The notes beneath the pieces are model-generated. The model saw only the letters and a program-made list of their open reading frames with translations. It was not told the DNA's origin and did not search any database. From Lama guanicoe (taxonomy: Eukaryota), in contig MU053334.1 in assembly GCA_013239625.1 (NCBI GenBank), positions 186,001 through 248,000 of the forward strand: a stretch of DNA of 62,000 nt, in the 5' to 3' direction. This document shows, piece by piece, positions 31,744-46,910 of this stretch; the first letter of the stretch is position 1, and each line of letters starts with the position of its first letter. Position numbers and translations under genes: made by a program.

Positions 31744-33049
31744 GGTGGGCGTGCGTGGGTGGGCAGGTGTCTAGACCACAGCAGCTCAGGACAGCTCGCC
31801 TCTGGGCATTCTATGGGCCTGGAGAGACACAATGAGGCGATGGCCAGAGACTTGGCCCTCCTGCCCATCCTCCACCTCCTCGTCCCTGTAGAGACCCTGC
31901 TCAGTTCTCTAGACTCCACCAGACCCCTCCAGGACCTGGACAACCTTCTGAGAAGCCCCTCCAACCACACTGGCAGGCACTATGCCCCCATCTGGGCTGG
32001 GGGGGTCCAGATGAGAGCAGCCAGAGGTTTCAGTTTCCTTATCTGTGAAACCCACACATATGTGGTGCCCATCACACTAGCCCAGGGAGGGGCAGTCCTG
32101 ACAGGGAAGTGAGAGCCCCCCAGCCCTGAGAAGGGTGTGCAGTCAGGGAAGGTGGGCTGCAGCCCAGTGGGCCCATGCAGAACTGACCGTGTAGCCTTCT
32201 CCAGAGGGGGGCTGGGTCCAAATGGGGGGCAGGGCAGGGTGGGGACTCAGAGTCTGGGCAGGGAGGAATGGGCCCAAGGCCTCCAGGACCCAGATGTGAC
32301 AAAATCAAGAAGGCTGGAGAAGCCAGGGGGCAGCGACAGGCCTGTGCCCCCCGGCCGGCCATCTTCTCCCCAGTGCCAGGCACCCAACCCCAAGGCCGTC
32401 CTTGCCTGCTCCAGCTGACGGGCAGGAAGTCCTTCCTGAGCCTCTGGTGGGAGAGGGGATACCTGGCGTGACCCTAGGGTGGGCACATGCCCTGTCAGTC
32501 AGCCTCAGCATCCCTGAATCTGGGCCAGGCTGACTGACACGTGGCAGAGGATGGGGCCATAGGAAAGGCCTGACCCAGATTCTCAGTCTGGGGAAGAGGA
32601 GGGGCTGGGGGCCGAGCCATTCTGGACCCGAGTCCTCCCTCCCTGGAGACCTGGACATCAGTTGTCTGCCTCTCCTCTGGGAGGCTGGAACTCCCACCTC
32701 TACCCCCTGGGAGAAGGAGTCCAGGTGGGAGGGGGCAGCCTGAGTTCCCCACCCTAGTGATGCACACTAACCGTGAAGGTCGCCTGAAGGTCACAGCATG
32801 ATGGGGGTGTCCTGATGAGAGGCCCAGCTGCTGTCCCACCTCCCAGGGAGCCCCAGCGGCCCTCACTCCCTGCCAGTCTGCAGGGTCACCCAGCTGCTGG
32901 GCATCAGGTTTGCAAAGAGCAGGTGGTCCACTTCCCACCCTCCTCCCCAGACCCTTGGTTATTTTGGTTTCATACTGACGTCACCCAGCTGCCCCTCCCC
33001 CTCCAGGCCGCGGTGCCCAAGAGAGCAAGGGGCCAGGAAGAGCGCCCCC

Positions 33050-33330
33050 GATGACCTTCATGGCAGGGGAACCACCGCTTCATCCCGCCGGACCCAGCGC
33101 CCCCATCCCGCCCCAGATCCCGGGCTGCAGAGTCCCCGCCGCCTTACACTGCTGCTTCTAGGCCTCCCACCTCGGCGCAGCGCACTCTGCGGGACCACGG
33201 CGGGCGGCGAGCGGCAGCTGTGGATGCAAGGACTGGGAGTTTCCCACAATGCACTGCTCCTGACGCAGGAAGAGAGGCGGGGACGGCATCAGCGCTGGCT
33301 CCGCCCCCCTACTCTTGGCCACCACAGTGC
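33050..33330 (-). promoter_or_regulatory. CEND1: Small CpG island with probable non-coding exon 1 of CEND1
   Basis: Minus-strand GTAAG donor at 33147-33143, GC boxes upstream (about 33275-33310), full CRE TGACGTCA at 32976-32983 in intron 1. Confidence 0.6.
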
Positions 33331-34192
33331 CCTGGGCTGGCTGGGACTTCTGGGGTCCCCCAAACCAGCTCCTCTTTTGATCCCAAGGGTTGTTTAGGGT
33401 CAGGGATGGGAGAGGCTGAGGCTGGCTTTCCCACACACCCAGCCCAGACTGCAAGGGAGTCAGGCGGCTGTTCGCCCAGGAACCCCTCCAGGCCAACGCG
33501 CCTGTCAGTAGGCGGCAGGACCAAGGACTGCAGGGGGAGGGGAGCAGGCTACCAGAAGAGGGGGTGCCCTTCCGTTCCTCGTCTCTAACAGAGTCTCAGA
33601 GATGAGGCGAGGCATCTACTTAGAATATTTATTTATCTTCTTACGTGACAAGACACAAAAAGTTACAACTCCTTAAAACTCTTCAAAAGAAAAAAATATA
33701 ATTTTGTAAGCAGCAGCAGCAGCTTCCAAGGTACAGACGTGACAGGAGAGAGCCGCCAGTCCTCAGGAACACCTGTGAACCGGGGGGCCCAGGCCTGAGC
33801 CCCAGGTGGTGTCACCGGGAAGGGGCCTCAGAGCAGGGGCGGGGTGGGGGGGACGACACAGCACCAGCACGTCGGGATCAGTCACCAGCACGGTCATGTG
33901 GCTGGGGGCAGGGCAGGGCGGCCTGCCTCAATTCACAATATCAATGGGGGCGGGGCCTGGAAGTGCGGTGGGGGCAGGGCTCGTGCAGAGGCCCAGAGAG
34001 CTGGGTGGGCCCTGTGCAGACGGAAGGGGCAGCTCCTGGGGCCCTGCAAGCAGAGAAGATACTGGTCCTCATGCCTGCCCTCCCTTGGACCCAGGGTGGT
34101 GGTCTCAGAAGAGGGGTCTGCTAAAGGTGCAGCAGGAGGGGCTGGCCGGAGAAATGAATTCCTGGACGGGGTAAGTGGGGAGCCTAGGGTGT

Positions 34193-34221
34193 GCACACGC
34201 ACACACACGCACACACACACA
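34193..34221. repeat. Imperfect (CA)n microsatellite in the SLC25A22 3'UTR
   Basis: GCACACGCACACACACGCACACACACACA. Confidence 0.8.
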
Positions 34222-35025
34222 GCCTGGCCACGTGAGGAAGGGCAGCAGCCCCCCACAGCCCCATCCCTGAGGGACCAGGCCAGCTGAGGGCTGGTGGGCA
34301 TAACCTGTGCCCACAGCATTTGCACATACACAGGCCTCACACGCAGGGCCCCTGCCTGGGGGGAGGGGCGGAGGGGCCCACCAGGAGGGATGTTGGGTCC
34401 CATGGTGAGGGCAGGGGATCTGCCCTGGGAGTCAGAACTCAGGGCGACCCCCAACCTAGGATGCCTGGCTCAATACGGGGGCAGGAGAGCCCCGCCCTCC
34501 GGCAAGGCTGGCTGAGGCAAGAACAGCAGCAGGGGGGTGGCAGGGGCTGGATGGACAGACAAGGGACAGACAGGGCCGCCTGTGCTCGGCAAGGTAATAA
34601 ACAGGTTTGTGCGGGGTCCCCTCTGTGGACGGGGGCCAAGCCCCAGGGACGGGTGCTGGGAGACTGGAAGGCAGGGTCCAGCGAGCCCAGCCCAGGCCTA
34701 GAGGCGCCCAGCCCAGGCCTTGAGGCCCCCAGTCCAGAGACCAGCTCTGTCCCTGGGGGTGTTCAGGCTGGGCCAAAGGTAGGGCAGGGCTGGCGCCAGG
34801 AATGTAAAGATTTCTGCGTTTTCTACATAAATAAGACATTGATCCCAGTGGTGGTGCAGGCAGGACCTCGCCAGGCCAGTGTCTGCACCACCGTGTGGAT
34901 CCTGCACCCGCTTCCTCTCCCCCACCCTCCATGGGGAGAGACTTGTGCTCGGTCCTGGGTGGACCCCCTGGCTCTGGTCCCACTCTGGTCCTGCTCGGCT
35001 GGAGGGTGGGGAGTGGCTGCCGGGC

Positions 35026-38103
<3,078 letters not shown>

Positions 38104-39289
38104 TTAACTCCAGGGGCAACCAGGTAGGGGCGGCAGAGAAGGATGCCGGATGGGGAGGTGGTAGAGGAGGGGGAGGGGTGGTCTTCTCCTCTCAGGGGAA
38201 TTTCAAAACCACACTCCTGTCCTAGGAGAAAGAGGGCGCTGGAATCAGCGGGGGTGGGCAGAGGCTTGGAGGCGCACCAGAGCAATAAGCTTCCCCAGAG
38301 CCTTCCTCCCAGCACCCAGCCCCTCACCCAACCACCGAGGCCAGGGCTGCCACGTGTTCTGGGCGTGTGGTGTGCGGAGAGGCACCCGCCACCTGGCCCC
38401 ATCCCCAAGGCCACCAGTTTCACCCCAAGGCCCCCCACCACCACCAGCAGCGTCCTCCCAGCTGGCCTTGCACAGGCGCCCAGGCTCCCATTCACGCTTA
38501 TGCTCACGTGCACACCGAGCCCTTTAAAGGGCCAGGCGCCTCTGCGGGAGGCAGCATCGGGAGACGGGGCCACAGCGCCAGTCAGGGCACCTCAACCCCT
38601 GGAGTGGGCTGTGGCAAGCCCCCATCCTTGAGCAAAGGCGGTGGGCACCTGTCCTCTTCAGGATGGGGGTGAGGGTCTCCTCCTTCCTGGTGCCCCAGGA
38701 CCCCTACCTGGGCTCAGATCACAAGTGCAGGTAGACACAGCCAACTCAGGTGTGGCCCCTACTCCATGGCAACTCCGTGCTGGACCCCTGACCATCCCCT
38801 CCCCTCGGAGAAGCACCAACTCAACCATAATCAGCCCTGTGTCCACCCACCTCTCCACCCCTCCCAAGAATTTCACTCCCAGACTGACAGACAGACAGAG
38901 AAATGCAGTGACCGTCAGGACCTCTGATAAGGGGGTGGCTGACCTTCTGAGGCTCCATGTGGTTGGGCCCCCCATCTACTCTAGGGATACAGGCAAGCAG
39001 TCTCTCTCACTAGAAGCAGGGTGGGGGAGCCAGAGCCAACATCGGGGCCTCCGATGGAGGGGCACAGGCATAAAACTGAACCGTGGGGGGGCCTTCCCAA
39101 CTCCGGCCCCCTCAGAGGCCAGCTGTCACCAGTTTGCACCCGAAGTGCTACCACCCAGGGTCACACAGCCCAGCTGTCCCTCCGAGGACTGGTGACCTTC
39201 CCCTCAAGCTTTCCTGGACCACGCTCTCCCCTGCCTGCCCAGCATCCCCGCCGCCCCGGCTGCTGCCTCCCGCCCCGGCCCAGGTCGGC

Positions 39290-39440
39290 TCACCCGGAGG
39301 TGCACAGGACTCGGCTCCTCCTCCAGGACTGCTGCCTGGGGCTCACCGCGGAGATCCGAAGCCGAAGGAGGTGCCGGCTGCGAGGATTGGCTGCGGGGCG
39401 GGGCGGGGCGGGGCTGGCGGGGGAGGGGGACTTTCTCTTT
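39290..39440 (-). promoter_or_regulatory. SLC25A22: Candidate alternative promoter / non-coding first exon of SLC25A22
   Basis: Minus-strand GTGAG donor at 39293, CCAAT (plus ATTGG about 39386-39390), tandem GGGGCG boxes about 39395-39430. Confidence 0.55.
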
Positions 39441-39757
39441 CACTTCGGGCGGGATGAGGCTCCCTGAAGCTGTGGGTGAAGAGATGAGAAGGGGTGTGAC
39501 AGCTTCTGGGAGGCAGGGACTGACCTCAGAACCCCCCTCAGCCCATGGGGCAGTGGGTCTGATTCAGGCTGACTCAGCCAAGCCAGGCAACCTGCTCACA
39601 GGGACCTCAGCCCCGGGCCATAGTGCCCCCAGCTGCCCCATGGCTTCGGGGCTGCAGTGTGCAGGCTGGATCCTGTCTAGGGTCCTGGGACCCCATGGAC
39701 AGGGCTCTCCCCGTGTCCAGGCACAGGAAATCCAGTGTCATGGAGTGAGATGAATCT

Positions 39758-41629
39758 ATGCCCACTTGTGTCTGTGACACTTGTGTTTCTTTTGGGGGAA
39801 GGAGCATTTCAGGGAAATCTCAGGCTGGAGCAGAGGAAGATGTGCCTGTCTGCTGGGGCTCGGAGGCCCCTGGCTGCCACCCACAGGCCTGTTCAGTTGG
39901 CAGGTCCAGAGGGCAGGGGAACTGGCACTCCCAGAACCCTCCGCCCTGCCAAGCTGTCCCCCACACCCCATTCACCCAGGGCCTCAGTGTTAAGGACCAG
40001 CTTCTCCATGCCCCAGCCTGCAGAGAAGTGACCTCTGCACTTCAACCTCACCCTGTCTCCCCACCCCTCCACTTCCCTGGTGCAGACTGGCCACAGCTGA
40101 TTCTCTCTGTTGTCTCTGACCCTTGTGCCCTCTGGGGACTGAGCATCACCAGACCCCACCTCCTGTCTAGGATAAGGGACACTTGGATGACGGGGGTCCG
40201 GGAAGTCAGGCAGACTATCCAAGGTGGGGAGGGGAGCAGTTGTCCTAGGATGAGAGGCAGGCCTGGAGACCCCAAGCCTGAGAAGACAGTCAGCCCTGGG
40301 GTCCCACATCACACTCTGCTGGCTGGAGTGGGGAAGATGGCTGCAGAATTGAGAACTGTCGGGCAGAAGGGGGTCTGCCGGGGGAAGACTGACCCGGGGT
40401 CCTCTGGATGGAGAACCCTTTTTTCTCTGTCTTCACTCAGTGGTTCATACTCCCTGCTCGGGAGACAGCTTGGAGGCCCCTCTCCTTTCCCCCCTGTTGC
40501 TATAGAAACCCCGCAGTCCCAGCCAGGCCAGAGGCCCCAGGGCCATCAGCCCTCCCCTTCTCCCCTGTCTCCTGTCTCCTCCCTCCGATTCTGCAGCCTG
40601 GTAAACCGAGGTTGCAGGCAAGGCTGTGGAAGGCTGTGGAAGGCTCGGGTCACAGAGACCACCCACAAGACAATGCTGCTGCTCCCAGGCACCCCAGAGG
40701 TAAAATCTCCCACAAATGAAGCCCTCAAGAAGGGCAGTGGGACTGAGGCTGCGTCTGGGACTGGCCATTTGATCCCCCAGCCCTTTCCCCCTGGGGAGGC
40801 ACTTTCTGTCCAATGGGCTGCAATCCGCCGACAAAGGAGACGCGAGGTGGGGGTTCAGGGAGGCCTCTTGGAGGCCGGCTCAGCTCCTCGACCCCTAGAG
40901 AGGTTCCAGACGGGACCCGGGCGGCCACGCTGTCCCCGGACAGGCGATGAGGCTCCAGCCAGGCACGTGTCCACGTACGTCCCGCAGGGTCCCACGTGTG
41001 TTCCTCCCCACCCCCCCAAGCCTGGCTTCTGTTCCTCGGGCAGGGGCACCAGTCTCCCACCCCGCGAGGACACGTGTGCGCGAGGAGCGCGCCCGACACC
41101 GCCCGGGGCCGAGCACGGCCTCCTACACTCGGGCGGCAGCGGGTCGGAGCATCCGCCGGCGCCGAGTCCCGCAGGAGCCGCCTTGTCCCGGCAGATGTCA
41201 CCTCCCACAGCCGCTGTGACGCTCCTGGCCCCCGCAGCCCAGCCACACTCGGGTGGGCGCCGCGGAGGGGACCCGCCCCGCGGGCACTCACCGCGCGCTC
41301 TGCCGCCGCCTCCGCCGCGCTCGCCTCCCCGCTGCGCCGCGCGCCCGGCTGCACCTAGACGTGGAGGCGCGTCCGCTCGGCGCCGCGCGCGCTCCGCCCC
41401 CGGCCCTCGGCCCGCACGCGGGCTCCGGCTCCCCCTCCCGGCCGCCGCGGCCACTGCGCCCGGCCGGGCCAGCCCGCACCCCAGGTCCCCAGGGGTCTTC
41501 CTCTGTGGTCTGGCCTTGCGCCTTTGCATGGACTGGGACCCAAGGACTACTCCCCCAAGGGCCAGCAGATGGTGGGGTGCTCTGGGACGAGGTGTCCTAG
41601 GGGAGGAACGGTCCTGGGCCACAAAGTAG
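39758..41629 (+). other. 623-codon open frame antisense to the SLC25A22 5' region, at the syntenic position of human PANO1
   Basis: ORF track; Arg/Pro/Gly-rich C-terminal part; plus-strand AATAAA at 41919-41924. Protein identity with PANO1 not verified. Confidence 0.35.
40900..41500. promoter_or_regulatory. SLC25A22: CpG island with distal non-coding first exon of SLC25A22
   Basis: CpG-dense; minus-strand GTGAGT donor at 41291-41286. Confidence 0.7.
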
Positions 41630-42064
41630 GAGCTGAGAGGGTACTGAACTGGCCAAACACCCACCAGCCTGCCCCAAGGGCAGATGCGCAATCCCGCTAA
41701 CTGGTGACTGTATCCACCGGTGCTGCAGCCGTTACTTTGTAGCTGGGGCTCCCAACGCTCCCAGAGAAGATCAGGACCAAGAGGAGGCCCAGGGCATGTG
41801 AGGAGGAGCAGGGCAGGAGCAAGGGCTGTGGGGGAGTCTGTTCGCAGGGCCCCTCCCAGCAGGGCCAGGCCTCTGCTCTCAGCCACCCCTCACCTTCCAC
41901 CTGCCCTCCCACCCAACAAATAAACTGAACTGAGACAGCAGCCAGAACACTACACGTTTGTTACACATGGGGGTCACTGTCCCCATGCCCAGAGAAGGCT
42001 TGAAAGTGGGAGCTTCCAACCACTGGCCAGGGAGTGTCGGGGACCAGCCCAGAGTCGGTGGGTT

Positions 42065-45000
42065 CTAGGCCTGGGCAGGCTCTGGGGATTGCAACGCTGA
42101 AGGGCCAGGTGGACCAAGGTCCCCGGGGGCCAGGCTTGTGCGCTGGATGCCCTCCTGGTACTTGCGGCGGCCAAGCTCCAAAATGGCCTGCACCTCTTCT
42201 GCAACGTCCTGCCGGTCACTCTGCTCCAGGGCCTGCACTAGGAGCCCCACAGCTCCTGGCCGCCCAGCCTGGCGCTCAGCCCAGGAGAAGAGCATATGGC
42301 GGATCTGTCCATCCAGGTCGTCCCTGGGGGGATGGATGATGGGGGTATGGTGAGAGACAGGAGAGAGGGGAGAGAGGGGAGGGAAGGGCCTGGCCTAGCC
42401 CAGCCCAGCCCAGGACCACCCACCACACCCAGGGTGGTGCTCACCCTCCCCTGATGGGTGCCTCAATCCCTAGGCTAAGGGTGGGCAGACCCTCCCTTCC
42501 CTGCCCATTTGCCCTGGCTCCACCTCCTGTGGACGGAACTTCAGCCAGCCTCAAGCAGGGCCCTCCGGGCAGCCAGGCCTAGGCCTGAGGCTTGCCTGAG
42601 ATCAGTGGCAGGAGGCTGAAAGGAATTCACCTGAATTCATGCCTGATGCGCTGCAGCTCACGGTAGGGCATGCCCAAGTGCAGGGCCACGGCTGGCCAGT
42701 CGGGGCCCAGGCGCCCAGCCACAGTCAGCAGGTTGCTCTGGGTCAGGAAGCCAGTCTCAGCGTCGCCCAGGTTCAGAGGTGCCAGGGAGAGGCTAGCCCC
42801 CTGCCCTGGCCCCTCCGACCCCCGCAGTCTCTGTGGGGAGGACGCAGTGGCAGTGAGCCCTGGCTCCTGCCCCCAGGTTCCACCCCTGTACCCCTGGCGA
42901 CCCCCTGCCCCTTCACACACTGCCCCCCACCAGGCCACACCGGCAGCTTGATAGGCAGAGTGGCCATCCACAGGGTATCCATGCCCTTCTTCTGCCGGGC
43001 AGCCTCCGCCTCCTCGGGCACCTCCTCTGGCACCTCTCCCCGGTAGAAGGACACCTGGGTGGGGGGATGAGGTGGGGTTCAGTGCTCCTGCCTCTGCCCA
43101 GGTGGCCCGGGGGGCCCTACCCCATTGGCTCACCTGGCCCCTCACAGCCTGAGCCTTCCGGTCCAGGGCGGTGGTCACGTACACCTCCTTCACGTTCCTC
43201 AGGTGCGAATAGAAGACAAAGCGCAGCCTGCCCTCCACGCAGTCCGGACGGCCTGGGGGCAGGGGTGGGCTCAGCAGGGACCCGGGGCGGGGGCCGAACA
43301 CAGGGGCCATTCTCCAGGGGCAGGGGGCGTACCGGCATCCACGTCGATGCCTCCCTCAAAGGCAGCGAAGAATTTCTCGCCCTCAAACATCTCCACAGTG
43401 TCTGAGGGCTCGGGGCCGCGGTACCGCTCCAGTAGCCGCCGCAGGGTGGCATCCACCTGGGGGGTACCCACTGGCTGGGAGCCCAATGCCCTGCGCCCCC
43501 ACCTGGCCCCTGGACCCCACTTGGCTGGCTTCCTAACAGGCCCTCCGCGACCTCCGGCCCCCACCCCACACCTTGTTCCGGGGCAGGCACTGCAGCAGGA
43601 CCTGCTCAGGGTCCCGGCGTCTCTGCAGCGCGATCAGGTTCACGCGGTGGAGCCGCAGCCGCTCCCAGGCCTTCCGGGCCAGGCCCCCCACGCAGGTCGC
43701 AGTGGTGTACCAGAGCCAGTACCTGGGAAGCTGGGGAGTGAGGTAGGCAGTGCAGACAGGCGGGTGGGGAGGGACTGAGGAAGCCAGAGGGAGAACTGAC
43801 CAGGAAAAGCGTGTGACCTGGAAGCGGGCGTACAGGTGGGTGAGCTCTAGCGCCACCTGAGCCGTGATGTCATCCCAGGCAGCTGCGGGAGGGGCCCTGT
43901 ACAGCAGGTGCAGGCGGGAGCGGTCCAGACTCAGGCCTGGGGTGAGAGTGGCCGAAGGCTGAGGCCACCCTGGCAGGGCTCCCTTCTGAGCATCGCTGCC
44001 CGCCCCGGGGCCACAAGTCCAGGGATACAAGCCGCCGCCTCTCACCTGTGACGCCGGGGGGCAGAGGCAGCTGCACAGTGACCGGCTGGAGGAAGCTTGG
44101 GGGACCACTCTGGGTGAGGCACAGCAAGGGGCTCGCGGCTGCCTCAGGCTCCTCCAGCAGGGCTGGCCGTCCTCTGCTGCCCACGTGCACCACCTGGAGC
44201 AAGCAGGCCACCCGAACACTCAGCTCGGTGCTGAGGCACGCCCACCACCCTTGGCAGCTGCCCAGCCCGTACCTGCATGTGGACATGCCGGGGCTCCTCA
44301 GTGGCCCCAGGGGGGAATGTGACCTTGACCCCAGGATGTCCCGAGGAACACAGCAATGTCCCCTCTGGTGGCACCAGACAGGTGTTGGACACGGGGCGCG
44401 AAACCACAAGGAACCACGAAAAGTGGGGTACCTGGCAGCGGGCCCAGAGCCGCTGGGCGTCGGAGGCAGGGTTAGAGGGAACAGGGTCAGGGCTAGGGTA
44501 GAGCTGCTCCCCCTCCCGGACAGGCCTGGACAGCCCTCACCTTGGGTGCCTCTTCCTCCAGGTGGGTCTCCAGGTCACTCCAGCTGTTGTCACTCAGGGT
44601 CCTGACCACCACCTCCCGGCAACGCCGGGCCCGTGGTGGCACAAACAGCAGCCACAGGCCCACCTCCTGCCAGGCAAGGGCAGCATGAGCGCTGGGGCCA
44701 GACCCGTGCCTTCCTCACCCACCCCCCGAGCCGCCCTGGCTGTGCCTGCAGGAAGGCCACCCCGTGGGGCTGCAGCTCCAGGACACCACTGAGCAGAGAG
44801 TCATGAGGACCCAAGGGGACGAGGCGGGGCTCCGGCAGCCACAGTCGGTAGCGGATGGTAACAGGGGTGGCAGTGGCCCCAGCAGGGAACTGCAGGCGGA
44901 CGCCACAGGCCAGGGTCACAGAGCAGCCTTGAGGGGTCACGGGGAAGCTGAGAGGGGACAGAGTGGGTATCAGGTCAGACAAAGGCGAGTTTGAGAAGGG

Positions 45001-46885
45001 AGACCCCCGAGGCGTGGACAGGTGCTTCTCCAGCCCCTCCTCTCCCCCACACCATACCTGTCCACATCTGAGGTCAACAAGAGTCTGGGCATTTCTGGGA
45101 CCACGGGTGTCCCTGTGGAAAGACAGGCAAGTTGTTAGGGTGGTGAGGACAGCTGCGTCCTGACTGTGGTCTGCCCCTGCATGCCAACAAGCCTACCTGG
45201 GGGGCTGTGGGGGTCCGGGGGGGCCCTGCCCAGGGGGTTTCCTTGCAGGCGCACAAAGGGGGCGTCCAATAGCTCGGGGGGCACGTCCCGGAGCTGGTTG
45301 TCCCTCAGGTCCAGCCGGGTGAGCAGTGGGAGGCGGGCCAGGCTGGCGGGCACCGAGGCCAGAAGGTTGCTGTGCAGAACAAGGAGCCGCAGGGACCGGA
45401 GCCCCGCTGCGGGCAGGCACTGGCTTAGGGCCAGCAGAGGACTGCTCGGTGCCATCCCTGGCCTGGAGCACCAGGGCAGGCTGCTCCCACTAGGGCCTCC
45501 CAGAGAAGCCCTTTCAGTCTCTGCCCTGTGGCTGGACTAGAGAGCTCAGGCAGGCCTGTGCAGGGAGCCTCGAAGGCCAGGGAAGTTGGGGGCTGCCAAG
45601 GGGAAAAAGGCTCAAAAGTGGGCAAGCCTGTGTGTGCAGGGCCCCGCAGAGGAGATAGGGGCCACGGCAGAGTGCAGGCCGGGCAGTGGCCGACAGGCGC
45701 TCCCCACCAGGCCCAGTGAGCCAAGGCTGCGACTCACCAAGGGAGGTGGGGAGGCTCTGCAGCCGGTTGGAGGCCAGATTGAGCTCAGCAAGACTGCTCA
45801 GGCCTCCGATCTCAGGGGGCAGAGTGTCCAGAAGGTTCTCAGAGAGATCAAGGCGCTGCAGGGTGGACAGGGACCCCAGTGCTGTGGGCAGTGTTTCCAG
45901 GCGGTTGTGGGTGATGGCAAGGAAGGTGAGGGCAGGGAGCGCCCCCAGGGCCTCGGGCAGCTCTGAGAGGCAGTTATGAGAGAGCAAGAGGGCGCTCAAG
46001 CCACACATCTGTGGGACACAGGCTGGCAACGTCTCCAGGCTGTTGAAGCTCAGATCCAGGTGGGCCAAGTGGGTGAGGCCACTCAGGCTGGCAGGCAGCG
46101 TGGTCAGGGAGCCCTGGAGGCAGGCACCCAGAGCATTCCGGCGTTGCCCACCTGGGATGGGGGAAAGGCAGACATGACCCTCAGAGCCAGAGTCCCAGGT
46201 CCCAGCTCAGCCCTGCTAGCCATGGAAATAGGTGCATGGAAACAGAGACCTCCACCCCAACCCCACCAGACAAGGATCGACAGAGATACTGGAGAGACAG
46301 CAGCAGGTAGAGGAGGCAGGGACAGACAACGCAGGATCATCTCAGCAGATAGCCCCCATCCAGGAAAAATACCCACGCAGGGGTCTTCTGGGGACCCCAC
46401 TGGGCAGCTGCAGGGCCCAGGAGTGGGGCTCAGCCAGCTCCCTCTTGGGGGAAAATGGGATGGGTAGAGCTGTGCAGAGAATAGTGGAGGGGCTGGGATC
46501 GGGTTTGCCCGTGAGGACCAAGAGGCAGAGGCAGGAGTTAGAGATGGGGTTGGGACAGGGCTGGGAGGAGGTAGGGCTCACCTTTGAGGACCAGGGAGCG
46601 GAGGCGTGGCAGGCTCCAGGGCAGCCGGGCCAGGGTGGCCTCCAGCAGCCGAGGGTCCTCGTGGCTGCTCAGCTGCAGGAACTCCACCTCCAGCAGCTGA
46701 GGGACCTGCTGGGCACACAGGTGCAGCAGCCGGTGGCAGCCCCTGGGGTACAGGTCCAGGCTCAGCCGGTTCCCAGCCAGGAGAGGAGGCACCCCGGGCC
46801 CTGCATCCACAGCATCTGCAGCATCTCTTGCAGCATCTTCTGCAGCAGCTGACTCGGTCTCCAGCCCCTCCGCCACTGCAGCCAT
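42065..46885 (-). CDS. PIDD1: p53-induced death domain protein 1 (LRR-ZU5-ZU5-UPA-DD), 913 aa, 15 coding exons
   Basis: Exons 46582-46885, 45738-46151, 45197-45406, 45058-45112, 44746-44947 (GC donor), 44541-44666, 44273-44452, 44046-44193, 43801-43936, 43572-43722, 43333-43456, 43134-43252, 42941-43054, 42631-42830, 42065-42323 total 2742 nt. LRRs (LDLSFNSLETLP), VPHFSW and the death domain (DWPAVALHLG...MLFSWAERQ) are present. Confidence 0.97.
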
Positions 46886-46910
46886 CGCCCACCAGTCGTC
46901 CTCGGGGGCC

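Noticed and set aside
40855..41886. 343-aa minus-strand ORF across the SLC25A22 CpG island
   Set aside because: Mostly CpG-island low-complexity translation with no independent support.
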